DNA of 63,020 nucleotides, filler included, from Octopus bimaculoides (Eukaryota), in assembly GCF_001194135.2 (NCBI RefSeq). It is 6 parts of 6 records of this genome, joined end to end, with 100 filler letters (N's around TTAATTAATTAA, not from the genome) between each part and the next. Parts side by side here need not be neighbours in the genome. Positions count along the whole stretch, not along the records: positions 27,504 to 37,726 come from NC_068981.1; positions 37,827 to 51,988 come from NW_026329153.1; 4 more parts are not named here. One strand, 5' to 3'. The notes beneath the pieces are model-generated. The model saw only the letters and a list, made by a program, of their open reading frames with translations. It ran no database searches and was not told where the DNA came from. Of the stretch, positions 29,130 through 40,374 are shown one piece after another (the stretch's first letter is position 1; each line of letters starts with the position of its first letter). A program made the translations under genes and the position numbers.

Positions 29130-29500
29130 GGAAATATCTTACTAGCGGAAGTACAATCAGTCGAAAACTGCATACCAGATGCTAGTAGGTTTCAGGGGAC
29201 ACTAAGAAAGAATGTGCAACGTTTCAGGGCCCTCTACTCGGGGGTTTTACAGCACTTTCCTACTCTAGTGGATCGATTAACTAGTGTTCAACCTCAAGTC
29301 CATTTTGGGATTAAATCCTCTCCTGCCAGGTTTCATCATTCCGTTTCAGCCATATCCAATGGCTGACTCTCCCAGTTAACACTCGTATCTCTTTTATGAC
29401 AGCGTTTTTTTTGCCGCTGTTTGACACCAGTTTATAACATCCACCCTCTCAGTCTGGTTCCAACAAGACTCCTACATCACATTTCTACTGGAGAGTTTTC
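29130..29500 (-). mobile_element. 3' end of a HERO-type non-LTR retrotransposon with restriction-like endonuclease (decayed ORF end 29491-29311 plus 3' UTR)
   Basis: Minus translation PVEM*CRSLVG...[frameshift in A8 run]...AVIKEIRVLTGRVSHWIWLKRNDETW resembles the PVEVGCRGFV...WLWLKR C-terminus of HERO-clade ORFs (recalled). The 3' UTR limit is approximate. Confidence 0.7.
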
Positions 29501-29808
29501 TCAATAATAATATAGTCTAGTTAGTTTATTTTTGCGAACTAATTATCGCTACACGAGTTAAATATCAGTACTTTATAAAGAAATGTATACATATCGTCGG
29601 ACAAATGGTTGTGTATTTATTTAAGAAATGAACTTTACAAGCACGCAATTTCAGGTTCGGTCCGGCCGCCCGGCTTCGTAGAACNNNNNNNNNNNNNNNN
29701 NNNNNNNNNNNNNNNNNNNNNNNNNNNNNNNNNNNNNNNNNNNNNNNNNNNNNNNNNNNNNNNNNNNNNNNNNNNNNNNNNNNNNNNNNNNNNNNNNNNN
29801 NNNNNNTA

Positions 29809-29839
<31 letters not shown>

Positions 29840-29865
29840 GTGTGTGTGTGTGTTTGTGTTTGTGC

Positions 29866-29911
<46 letters not shown>

Positions 29912-29919
29912 TTGCGTGT

Positions 29920-30120
29920 TTGTGTGTGTCCCCTATTACGGCTTGTTATCCAGTATTGGTTTCTTTATATCCGTAACTTAGCAGTTCAGCAAAAGGTCCG
30001 ATTGAATAAGTGCCAGACATAAAATACGTACTGCGGTCGGCTTCTCCGTTTGAATCCTTCAAGATGGTACTCCAGCGGGGCCGTTGTCTAATGACTGAAA
30101 CAAGTAAAAGATAAGAGGTG
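29920..30120 (+). mobile_element. SINE A 3' half
   Basis: ccgtaacttagcagttcagcaaaag...ggtactccagc...aatgactgaaacaagtaaaagataagag. Confidence 0.75.
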
Positions 30121-31808
30121 TCAGGTACTGTAGACTTTTGCATACTTTTTGTATATTAAACTCCGTGTCGCATTTTCCATAAGAGTCTGGAGATCGGCAA
30201 TGAAATTCTCAGAGTAACGACTTGTAATTTTCTGATTACATGCTGAATATGTCCTAAAGATGAGTTATTGGTGAATTTGAGTTATCCTAGACTATTCATC
30301 ACATTTTTTTTTGTGGCCAATAAAGGAAGAAAAAACCCAGTATAAGACGAAACACATACAAAAAGAAAAACAATGAAACAAGCAATATGAGGTTAAGAGT
30401 CCGAAAACCCCAATAAACAACTATGTTTTTCGATAGACTATGTGACAAATATTTGGTAGCTTTTGCTTATGGCCAGATATCACTTGCAAAGTTCGTTTAC
30501 AAGTTTTTTTCTCCCTTCGTAAAGAAATCATAAAAAACATTAGAGAAGACAAAATTACTCTCCAGAATATAATATATTAAGAAAAGTGAAACAAGTAAAA
30601 AATACATGTCCAGGAGAAGAGTTGCTGTACTAAAGATACTTTACAGAACATTGATTAGAAATTGGTAATAATTTTGTTGGATTTTGCAATAAGAGAAACA
30701 TATAACATTGCGTTTCAGATAAAATACATTCTGACACATTCAGAGGAAAAATGTTCTCATATTCTAGAAAGATATTTGTCTTTTTTTTTTCTGTTAGTTT
30801 TTGTTTAATTTCAAAGTACAAATGTCTTTGAGAATACATTTCGTTACAAGCGTGAGCTAGTCTATTGGCTGGCGTCGGTTATAATAAAAGGCATTTGCCC
30901 CACCTGATGTACACATAAGAGGTGATAAATGTTATGTTCAATAATTATTATTTTTTTTCTTACTATCTAAATGTTGCTACTCTTCATATATCTTTTTCAC
31001 TTATGGACGAATGTCTGTTCGCAAAAATCTCTGAATTAACAAGCGCCAAATAAACATTACATTTTTTTCTTTCATGAATTAGGGATACAACACAACTTGC
31101 TCGAGAAAAAAACATATATTCCTGTCAACATAATGTTTGCATAACCTTTTTGTTCTATGAATTTTTATATACTTTTTTTCCTTTTAACTATAAAACGAAA
31201 ATCTATTTCATTTTCTCTGTACCTACAGATCACTTCTGGTTGTGTATTTCACTGAACAGTGTCATAGAAGGAAAAGCTAGCGGTAATGTTTGTTTTTCTT
31301 CAGATATTCCACACTAACACAGTCATGTTCCTCTGTCTGATTGTTTCCAATATGAATTAGGCGTTGCAATAATATAGAGAATTTTTTTTCTTTTTACTGT
31401 CTTCCACATCATATTATAAGAGAACAAAATGTTTGCTTATATGTGCTTGTATTCTTGTACTGATTTTACTAATCTGGCAGGCAAGGAACAAGTTAAGCAG
31501 AAACAATGTCTGTGTATTTGACTAAGAAACACATATCTCGAAATCGAAAGATGTATTCCGAAAGCAAGTGTATACTATTACAAATTACGTTTTCTTCGTG
31601 TAAGGAACACGGATTACAGGGAAGGAAAGCATATGATCATGTAGCACTGTCCCACGATAGTCTCCATTTTAACTCGACTTAACAGTCGTCTATTCGAGCA
31701 TTTCGTATAGAATATGACCACAAGTGTCCTATATATAACATTTTGCTATTTGAACAAATGTTGTATGTGTCACAAGGAGCATGCAATAACAAAAATTTTT
31801 CATTCGGA

Positions 31809-31858
<50 letters not shown>

Positions 31859-32194
31859 NNNNNNNNNNNNNNNNNNNNNNNNNNNNNNNNNNNNNNNNNN
31901 NNNNNNNNNNNNNNNNNNNNNNNNNNNNNNNNNNNNNNNNNNNNNNNNNNNNNNNNNNNNNNNNNNNNNNNNNNNNNNNNNNNNNNNNNNNNNNNNNNNN
32001 NNNNNNNNNNNNNNNNNNNNNNNNNNNNNNNNNNNNNNNNNNNNNNNNNNNNNNNNNNNNNNNNNNNNNNNNNNNNNNNNNNNNNNNNNNNNNNNNNNNN
32101 NNNNNNNNNNNNNNNNNNNNNNNNNNNNNNNNNNNNNNNNNNNNNNNNNNNNNNNNNNNNNNNNNNNNNNNNNNNNNNNNNNNTACATATATAC

Positions 32195-32355
32195 GATGGG
32201 CTTCTTTCAATTTCCGTCTACCAAATCCACTCAGAAGTCTTTATCGGCCCGAGGCTATAGTAGAAGACACTTGCCCAAGATGCCGCGCAGTGGGACTGAA
32301 CCTGGAGCCATGTGGTTGGCAAGCAATCTACTTACCACACAGCCACTCCTACGCC
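32195..32355 (-). mobile_element. SINE A head and body
   Basis: gggcttctttcaatttccgtctaccaaatccactc...cacttgcccaagatgccgcgcagtgggactgaacc...ccacacagccac. Confidence 0.85.
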
Positions 32356-34729
32356 ATATTAGCACACATATAAAGAAAAACAAACACGTAGTTTCCTTTC
32401 ATCGATGTACCCAATATTGAAGATCAGTGATTTTATGGTATATAAAATATTATTGATTTGAATGATTTCTTTGTGATATAAGATTTTATGGAAATAATTA
32501 TTAAATATCACCAATGAATTGCACTTGTGCTATTCTTCTGATTTTATCCTACGTATATAACCCTTTCCTTTTCGTGCAACTGTCCTGCCTAAAAGTGCTA
32601 GAATTTCTTTCCTTTCATAGATACACTTATCTCAGTAACCGATTAATAATGGCCCCCACAAGACTAACATCCATCTTTATTGGTATCATCTCATATTTGT
32701 GATTTTAAAATCAGAATGTTATGTTTTTCATATCATGCTTTCATTATTATTTATGGGATCTGAAATTTTGCATAATTTACATTAAAGTTATAGTTATTGT
32801 CTTTAATGTTTCAATGTTTTTAAAGTGTCATATTTTTAAAGCGCAATCAAGCATGTGTTGAGTAATCTTTGGCTGTTATTTCTGAGAGGCTAATCTAAAA
32901 TGTCCTCCGATGACTAGGATACGTTAAAATATTCATCCTGCAAGAAAATTGCAAAGATTGTAATGTGAGTTTGAGCGAATAAATGGCGGCAGAGCCGGTC
33001 CCGAAGCTGTTGGATAGTATTCAATAGTAGAACATAAAATAGGTCAATAAAACTGTTAGAGCGGTAAACCCTTTCTCTTCTTAATATTGCGATATGAAAA
33101 GAGCTAATTAATGCACTCATGTGACATACACGATTCTAAGTTTAGATCTATAAAACTTTCTTTACATATTAAAATAAAATAAAACGAAAATATTTTCAAC
33201 AATTTTTGTTTTTATTAGAATATATTTGAACTACTTTGTTAAATTTGTTTCCTTCTGAGGGAAAAAATATAAGAAAAATTGGTTTTCTCCCAAATTTTAG
33301 TCATCACTATTTTTAACGCATGCGTATAAGATATTTATAAATGCGCGTAAGCTGTCCTAAAAAATATAAGCGTCTTGTTACTACAGATAAATTGCTTGAA
33401 GACTTAAAATAATGAGAAAAAAAGGAAATAAAGACAATACAGAGAAAACCACTCATTCACTTATATATAATGGAAACATTTTTTTGAAAGATAAATACAA
33501 AATATTAAAAAAATCATATTTAATTTCAATATTTTGAGGTATGCCACTACAACAAGCTGGTAGAATAAAAATTTATTATAGATAGATTAATGAAAAGATT
33601 GAAAAGAAGAAATGAAGGTACAAGTATATAAAATATTTAAAAAATCGCAGAAAAGTTTTATGTGCAATCATTAAAAATTTATAACTGTTTTGGGGGAAAA
33701 ATCTTATCTGTTTGCCAAGAATCGGCAATAGGAACCTAAAGAAATGAATATAAATGCCTCGTTTGCTTCGAAGATATGTTTTGCTTCTTAAATAGTAATT
33801 GCTCTCCCATATACCAAAAGTTTCTAATTATTCATAAAACAACTGCGTAAATAAGAACCCAGTTATTATTATGTACATTTACAGTGATATATAGGTATAT
33901 TTACATATGAAAACATGCAAACAAACAATGCACATAAGGTCTATAGGTGCTTGCATTCATACACTCAGACATACACATACACGCAAACATTCGTATACAT
34001 ATATAACCTCTCAACATATTTAAGTTGAGAACAAATATACTTAAAATCTCCCCCTTATACACAAAATCTAGATGCCACATTAACATAGAAAATATTGATT
34101 TGTCATACCAATGCGAAAAATATCAACCACGTCATCACCAGTTATACAAACATTTCTAAAATATATCTTCTCATGAGACACGACAATGTTGTAAAAACTA
34201 TCTACAATGCTATACTCAGGAAGGATTATTGTAATAACCATAGCAAATTATCAAACATTTCAATAGATATATCAACCCAGTGCAAACATACTTGAACTGT
34301 TCCATGGAACAGATTAAGCCATGCACTAGTGTTATGTTGCTCGGCGGATGTCAATGATTCGCTAAAAATAGGGGAAAATAACATTTGTGAAGAATTATTA
34401 AGAAACTTACAGCTCATGTGTCCAGGCTGTGTTATTCCAATGAATGATTTATGAGACGGTTTAAGCACCAAATCGTCAGAATTACTAACAGTGGAGAAAT
34501 AGTTACTTGCTTGTAACCGTATGACAGTTATTTATGTAACTGTATGTGGTAAAGTATATATGGCTGTCTATATATTTGTGTATGTCAACAACAACAGTGT
34601 AAATCTTGGCGATTTAGTTATTTGTGCCCATGTTTATATACACATGTACATAAAACACAGAGACACACACACACACACAGACACATACACAGAGAGACAC
34701 ACACACATACACACACGCACACACACACA

Positions 34730-34761
<32 letters not shown>

Positions 34762-34765
<4 letters not shown>

Positions 34766-34925
34766 TTGTTGTACTTGGGGATGGTCATATTGCCAGTTTA
34801 GCCAATAAAAACACACGCACTGTATATTTGGTGTTAATTTGCTTCAGCTTTATATTACATTAATCTTAATCTTATTTCGGCCAGAGTTCTTTCGTCACAC
34901 TTCTGTGACCTCATCAGTGGACCTT
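34762..34925 (-). mobile_element. Probable PLE pseudo-LTR segment containing the hammerhead
   Basis: Non-microsatellite block bounded by (TA)n and (TATG)n, immediately downstream of the PLE left arm in minus-strand orientation. Confidence 0.5.
34879..34923 (-). ncRNA. Minimal type I hammerhead ribozyme, apparently intact
   Basis: Minus strand reads GGUCCA-CUGAUGA-G-GUCACA(GAAG)UGUGAC-GAAA-G(AA)C-UC^UGGCC: full catalytic core, perfect 6-bp stem II, minimal stem III, and 5-bp stem I with one bulge. Confidence 0.8.
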
Positions 34926-35055
34926 TGTTTCCTTCTTTCTTATGTATGTATGTATGTATGTATGTATGTATGTGTGTGCGTGTGTGTAAATATACTTATA
35001 TATATAATAGAAATATGCTTCAAAAAGAAAATAGAAACTACACGTGGAATGGACA

Positions 35056-36068
35056 TAGGGAAAGTAAGAAGAAAAAAGCGAAAATGCACATTGGCTATCA
35101 AAAATTAAAGGCTTTTTTTAATGATGAGTAACGATAAATATATGCAATTAGACGAACTGAGGTAGAATTAAGAGGAATAAATGTCATTATTTTGAATTGT
35201 TAATGAGATTCAAAGTCATACGGGTATCGTCAAACGCTGTTCACTGGCTTTGAATGAGTACCGATTTCCAAACGGTGTCGGGTCTGGTAGTACCTGAGTA
35301 AAAAGATTATGTGTAAGGGAGGTAAGTAGTTCACTGACCTGTATGTGTCTGTATTGTGAGTGGCGTATTTGTTCTTTGTGAAGAGCGGTTCTTCGACGGA
35401 GTGATATGCCTATTTGGCCAATATATTGATTACCGCACCCTAAGCAGGTAATCAATATATTGGCCAAACAGGAATATCACTCCGTCGAAGAACCACTCTT
35501 CACAAAGAACAAACCCGCCACCCACAATATAGACAGATACAAGTCAGTGAACACATAGATAGGTGTGCTAGGAACCTTAATTGTAATTTCCTAATTTTCC
35601 CCTTCTATCAATGTTCACAGAACGCTTCAGTACAGCAAAGAATGAATAAAGAGGCAACTTTCATCAGTAAATGTCATCCACAACTTAACATGAACACATA
35701 ACATAATATAAAACACAACTAACCATACAATAATACCACTAAATCCCATACATCCCATACATATCACAGTATTATATCTACCCTAACTGCTCAACATTCA
35801 GAACTACTTACCTCCCTTACACATAATCTTTTTACTCGGGGACTAGTAGACCCAACACCGTTTGGAAATCGGTGCTCATTCAAAAACAGTGAACAGCATT
35901 TGACGATACCGGTATGACTTTGAATCACATTAACAATTCAAAATGAAGACTTCTATTTCTCTTAATTCTACCTCAGTTCATCTAATTGTATATATTACTT
36001 TTCATAAAAAAGCCTTTATTTTTTGATATCCAATGTGCATTTTCGCTTTTTTTCTTCTTACTTTCCCC
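35056..36068. mobile_element. Penelope-like retroelement (PLE) 3' portion arranged as a large fold-back palindrome
   Basis: The left arm 35056-35434 is the reverse complement of the right arm 35447-36068, except for a ~250-bp deletion, with a 12-nt spacer. Both arms encode GIY-YIG endonuclease sequence. Confidence 0.85.
35447..35701 (+). pseudogene. GIY-YIG endonuclease C-terminal fragment of a Penelope-like element
   Basis: Uninterrupted 84 codons GNQYIGQTGISLRRRTTLHKEQTRHPQYRQIQVSEHIDRCARNLNCNFLIFPFYQCSQNASVQQRMNKEATFISKCHPQLNMNT*, with YIGQTG, R..H, R..KE..FI and P.LN motifs of PLE GIY-YIG domains. The minus strand reads LITCLGCGNQYIGQ across the palindrome centre. Confidence 0.88.
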
Positions 36069-37507
36069 ATATATATCTATGCATATCTGTATACGCTATA
36101 TATGTATATACATATATATGTATATATAAATATCTATCTATCTATTAATTTTCGCTCCTTGATGTACCTCGTGTCTATCAGAAGATTTTATCGCGACCAG
36201 AATTAGATCAGCAAAGCATTCTCTCCGCCTCACAAGGACGCTCTTCTCTATGGAGAGAAGAAACCCTGCTGAGTTCTTAATGGAAAGTGCAGAAGAGAGC
36301 TTCATGTTACAATTCGGCGGGATTGTCTGTCAGAATTTATTGACCAATTTAAAATTCAGAGTCCTCCCATGACTTAGCCTTGAACATTTTTTATAGTCTC
36401 TGCTGTAACTTTTGCAGGTCTAGAGAGGAGACTTATAATCCACCTTCTTTACTCGGATGGAATTTTAAAATTCTTTGTTAAACTAGGGTTTCTATTGCAA
36501 TCTGGCTCCATTTCAATCCGCTTTCATCCAAAGTATGTTACAACTGAAGAAAGAAATCCCGTACAAAACAGTTTCATCGTTTTGAGATTCTGAGTTTGTT
36601 CAGGACGGTCTCTGAACGTGGATGCATATTTGTTTCTGCTTCCATCAGCTGCCAGGGCTTTCCTCTTTATTATCTAAGACTTACTGGTTTTATGATTTCT
36701 CCTGGTTGTAGCTAGTACAGACAAGTAGTTAGTGATCAGTTGATAGTTCTGTCCCTTTCTTTGAACGAACGTTTCGCACAGAATCAAAGTCAGAAACGAT
36801 ATCAAAATCTATCAATGACGACTGACCCAAACTGTCCCCATACCGGTTATACTAATGGATAGCCTTATACTGGAAGGATGGGTTTATAGCGGGGGAGACT
36901 ATGAAGCCTTTTCATTTGCATTGAGTTTATGTGTCATGGACCTCTGGAGAGATCTCAAAGCAATGACAATCCAGGTTGGTAATACCAAATTTATAAAAGT
37001 GCTACGAACGAGTGGTCTAATTATAGAGGAATCACCTTGTTGAATCTCCCGAGTAGAGTCATAAGTGCCTGGAAAAGAGATGCAAGGAAACTGTCGAACC
37101 TAAGCTTACTGAAGGTGACGCACCACAACCAATCAGATAGCCACTTTAAGTCAGCTTCTTGAAAGCTAATCGGAATATTACTGCATATGTATAATTTAAA
37201 ACAGGTAGATTCGGCTCGATGCGACTAGACGTTACATCGGCTCCTTACAGGAAGCTAGCTAATTGATAGATTTATTAAATATTTCGTAAAACGATACTGA
37301 GATTCTATTTATACTGAAATAACAACTACATACCTGATTACATGCTTATTTATGGATGCAAGAAGCTGTATGAAATACAACGATACATACATAAATGTAC
37401 AAATATAGATAAGTTTATCATGGTGTACATACATAGGTGTCTCTTTCTCTGAACGTCTATCTGTCTGTCTGTCTGTCTGTCTGTGCGTCCGTCCGTCCGT
37501 CCGTCTG

Positions 37508-37583
<76 letters not shown>

Positions 37584-37585
37584 CA

Positions 37586-37727
37586 GGACGGTGAGCTGGC
37601 AGAATCGTTAGCACACCGGGCGAAATGTTTAGCGGTATTTCATCTGCCGTTATGTTCTGAGTTCAAATTCCACTGAGGTCGACTTTACGTTTCATCCTTT
37701 CGGGGTCGATTAAATAAGTACCAGTTN
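37586..37727 (+). mobile_element. SINE B 5' portion, runs into a gap
   Basis: ggacggtgagctggcagaatcgttagcac...gagttcaaattcc...gtcgactttacgtttcatcctttcggggtcgattaaataagtaccagtt. Confidence 0.85.
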
Positions 37728-37966
37728 NNNNNNNNNNNNNNNNNNNNNNNNNNNNNNNNNNNNNNNNNNNTTAATTAATTAANNNNNNNNNNNNNNNNNN
37801 NNNNNNNNNNNNNNNNNNNNNNNNNNCATTTTATTATATTTATCTTATGATATTTACTTTGCTTTATATTATACTCATTTATTGTGCTTTTAATTGTTAA
37901 TTTTTCTATATGTGATAGTGGATTTTCATCGATGAGTTCTTGAAACTTGGTTATTTTCCCTAAAAC

Positions 37967-38023
<57 letters not shown>

Positions 38024-38065
38024 CATCGTCGTTTAACGTCTGCTTTCCATGCTAGCATGGGCTGG

Positions 38066-38106
<41 letters not shown>

Positions 38107-38179
38107 CGTGTGTGTGTACATAAGTATGTATTTGTGTGTCTGTTTGTCCCCCTACCATCGATTGACAACCGACAATAGG

Positions 38180-38965
38180 CTTCGATGTTTGGTGCGAATT
38201 GCTGGCTCCAGTTTTTGGGGCCAGAAAACCACTGTACCTTGCACTGTTGATCGTAGACCCCTTTTCCAGGTAATCTTCCAATATAGGCCCTTTTGAGTCC
38301 CAAAAGAAGGGTTAGCATCACCTTTGTTTCCACTCCATACTCCATCGTTTGGATTTTGCTGTATAATGCTGAACCCGGGTTTCATCTCCTGTGACTATTC
38401 TGCTCAAAGTTGCACTCTTTTACGCCTTGTTCTTCTTTCGTGCACATTGCTAGTGAAGCGGCCATGTTTACGCTGTAAAGCCAGAAAGAAAAATGGCGCT
38501 ATCAGGCTCAAACTTCGATCACGTGACCACAATAGTACCAAATATAAGCACTCCGTCGCTTACGACGTCGAGGGTTCCAGTTGATCCGATCAACGGAACA
38601 GCTTGCTAATGAAATTAACATGCAAGTGGCTGAGCACTCCACAGACACGTGTACCTTTAACGTAGTTCTCGGGGGAGATTCATCGTGACACAAAATGTGA
38701 CAAGGCCGGCCCTTTGAAATACAGGTGCAACTCATTTTTGCCAGCTGAGTGGTCTGGAGCAACATGGAAGTAAAGTGTCTTGCTCAAGGACACAACGCAT
38801 CGCCGGGAATTGAACTCACTACCTTACGATAGTGAGCCGAATGCCCTAACCACTGAGCCACGCGCCTTCACTACCAAATATAAGCACGCATGCGCAAAAG
38901 GCAGTGTGACAATAATAAAGATATGCTATGGCGAACGTGCGGAGAATCTTTGACTACCCTCCGTA
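38180..38965 (-). mobile_element. Internally deleted Tc1/mariner (mariner-type) DNA transposon, 3'-truncated, interrupted by a SINE
   Basis: Minus strand: TA|CGGAGGGTAGTCAAAG terminus at ~38965; ATG at 38465 giving MAASLAMCTKEEQ; then frameshifted LSRIVTGDETRVQHYTAKSKRWSMEWK, KVMLT, WDSKGPILEDYLEKGSTINSARYS and KLEPAIRTKHR, typical of the mariner catalytic domain around the first Asp. Confidence 0.88.
38552..38871 (-). mobile_element. Full-length tRNA-derived SINE (family C here) with 16-bp target-site duplication
   Basis: Head GTGAAGGCGCGTGGCTCAGTGGTTAG...GAGTTCAATTCCC (A/B boxes) on minus. TACCAAATATAAGCAC is duplicated at 38536-38551 and 38872-38887. Confidence 0.92.
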
Positions 38966-38984
38966 TATCCCATGGCAAGTGGCT

Positions 38985-39800
38985 AAAGGGTTAGATACCC
39001 ATGGTTAGGATACCCGGCTCGCGATCGTAAGGTCGTGAGGTCAATACTCGGCAGTGCACTTTATTTCTCGTTTCTCCGTAAAAATGAGTTGTATCTGTAA
39101 TTCACAAGGGGTCAGCCTGGTCACATTCTGTCACACAGCGAATCTCCCCGAGAACTACGTTAAGGAATACTCGTGTCTACGGAGTACTCAACCACTTGCA
39201 AGATAATTTCACGAGCTGGTTGTTCCGTTGATCGGATCGACTGCAGCCGACATCGTCGTAACCGACGGAGTGACACTTTATTTCATGTTGCTCCAGTTCA
39301 CTCACCTGCCAAAAATTAGATTTACCTGTAATTCACAAGGGGCCAGCCTCGTCGCATTCTGTGTCCCGCTGAATCACCCCGAGAACTGCAGTAAGGGTTT
39401 GCACGCCTGTGGAGTACTCAACCACATGCACGTTAATATTATAAATACACTATTCCGCTGGTTGGACCACCTGGAATACTCCGCGTCGTAAGTGACGGAG
39501 GACCAGTTTACATTTGCTGGTTACGGTATGCAGCTCAGAGTCATAAGGCCATGAGTTCGATTCCCAGCAGCGTGCTGTGTCCTTGTTCCTGTCTACTCAC
39601 CTGACAAAAGTTGTACCTGTAACTCTAAAGGGGTCAGCCTTGTCACACTCTGTGTCATGCTGAATCTCCCTGAGAACTACGTTAAGGGGTACACGTGTCT
39701 ACGGAGTACTCAGCCACTTGTAAGATAATTTCACGAGCTGGTTGTTCCGTTGATCGGATCGACTGGGACCACTCATCGTCGTAACCGACGGATTGCCCAT
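38985..39800 (+). mobile_element. Three head-to-tail decayed copies of SINE family C
   Basis: The body gaatctccccgagaactacgttaag...ccacttgca...ttccgttgatcggatc...gtcgtaa.cgacgga recurs at ~38985-39265, 39268-39505 and 39515-39800. Confidence 0.85.
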
Positions 39801-39971
39801 TTCTTAAATTATGTCCCATGGAATTGAAGCCGCCATTTTGACCCCCCCCCCCCNNNNNNNNNNNNNNCAACGAAATGTTTTCATTCCACGCTTATTCTCC
39901 CGACCTCGTCTGCTATTACAATCCAAAACATTTTCAGTTACCAGTGAAAAACTATCTTATAATTTTTTTTC

Positions 39972-40262
39972 TCCATGGCTGTGTGGTTAAGAAGCTCGCT
40001 TTCCAACTACATGGTTTCGGGTTCAATTCCACTACACGGCACCTTGAGCAAATGTCTTCTACAAAAACCCTGGGCCGACCAAATCCTCTATTTTTTTTAC
40101 TTGTTTCAGTCTTTTGACTGCGACCATGCTGGAGCACTCACTCTAGTCGAACAAATCGATCCCAGGACTTATTCTTTTTTCTGAACTTCTAAATTATGGG
40201 GACATAAACACACCAATGTCAATTGTCAAGCGATGGTACAGGGACACAGACACAAAGGTACA
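39972..40262. mobile_element. SINE A head (plus, ~39972-40083) abutting a SINE A 3' half (minus, ~40088-40262)
   Basis: catggctgtgtggttaagaagc...ggcaccttgagcaaatgtcttc, then acttgtttcagtcttttgactgcgaccatgctggagcac...gtcaagcgatgg. Confidence 0.8.
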
Positions 40263-40298
40263 CACACACACACTCCCCGTTTAAAATATTCATACCTT

Positions 40299-40374
40299 GT
40301 CTCTGATGACAGAATATCCAGTGCACGAACATGCTAACCAACCACTTGGGTTATCCCAGAAACGGCTGTAAGAC
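40299..40374 (+). ncRNA. Type I hammerhead ribozyme motif, core intact, long partly decayed stem II
   Basis: GUCU-CUGAUGA-C...UAUCCC-A-GAAA-CGGCUG-UA^AGAC. Stem I GUCU/AGAC is perfect and stem III is near-palindromic (ACGGCUGU). Confidence 0.65.

Noticed and set aside
29060-29370. ~105-codon open frame on the plus strand
   Set aside because: It is the antisense of the HERO-type LINE relic.
31229-37370. Scattered GT-AG-bounded open segments (31229-31282 plus; ~34290-34485, ~37110-37165 and ~37335-37370 minus)
   Set aside because: No recognisable protein and no consistent multi-exon model; such segments are expected by chance in AT-rich DNA.
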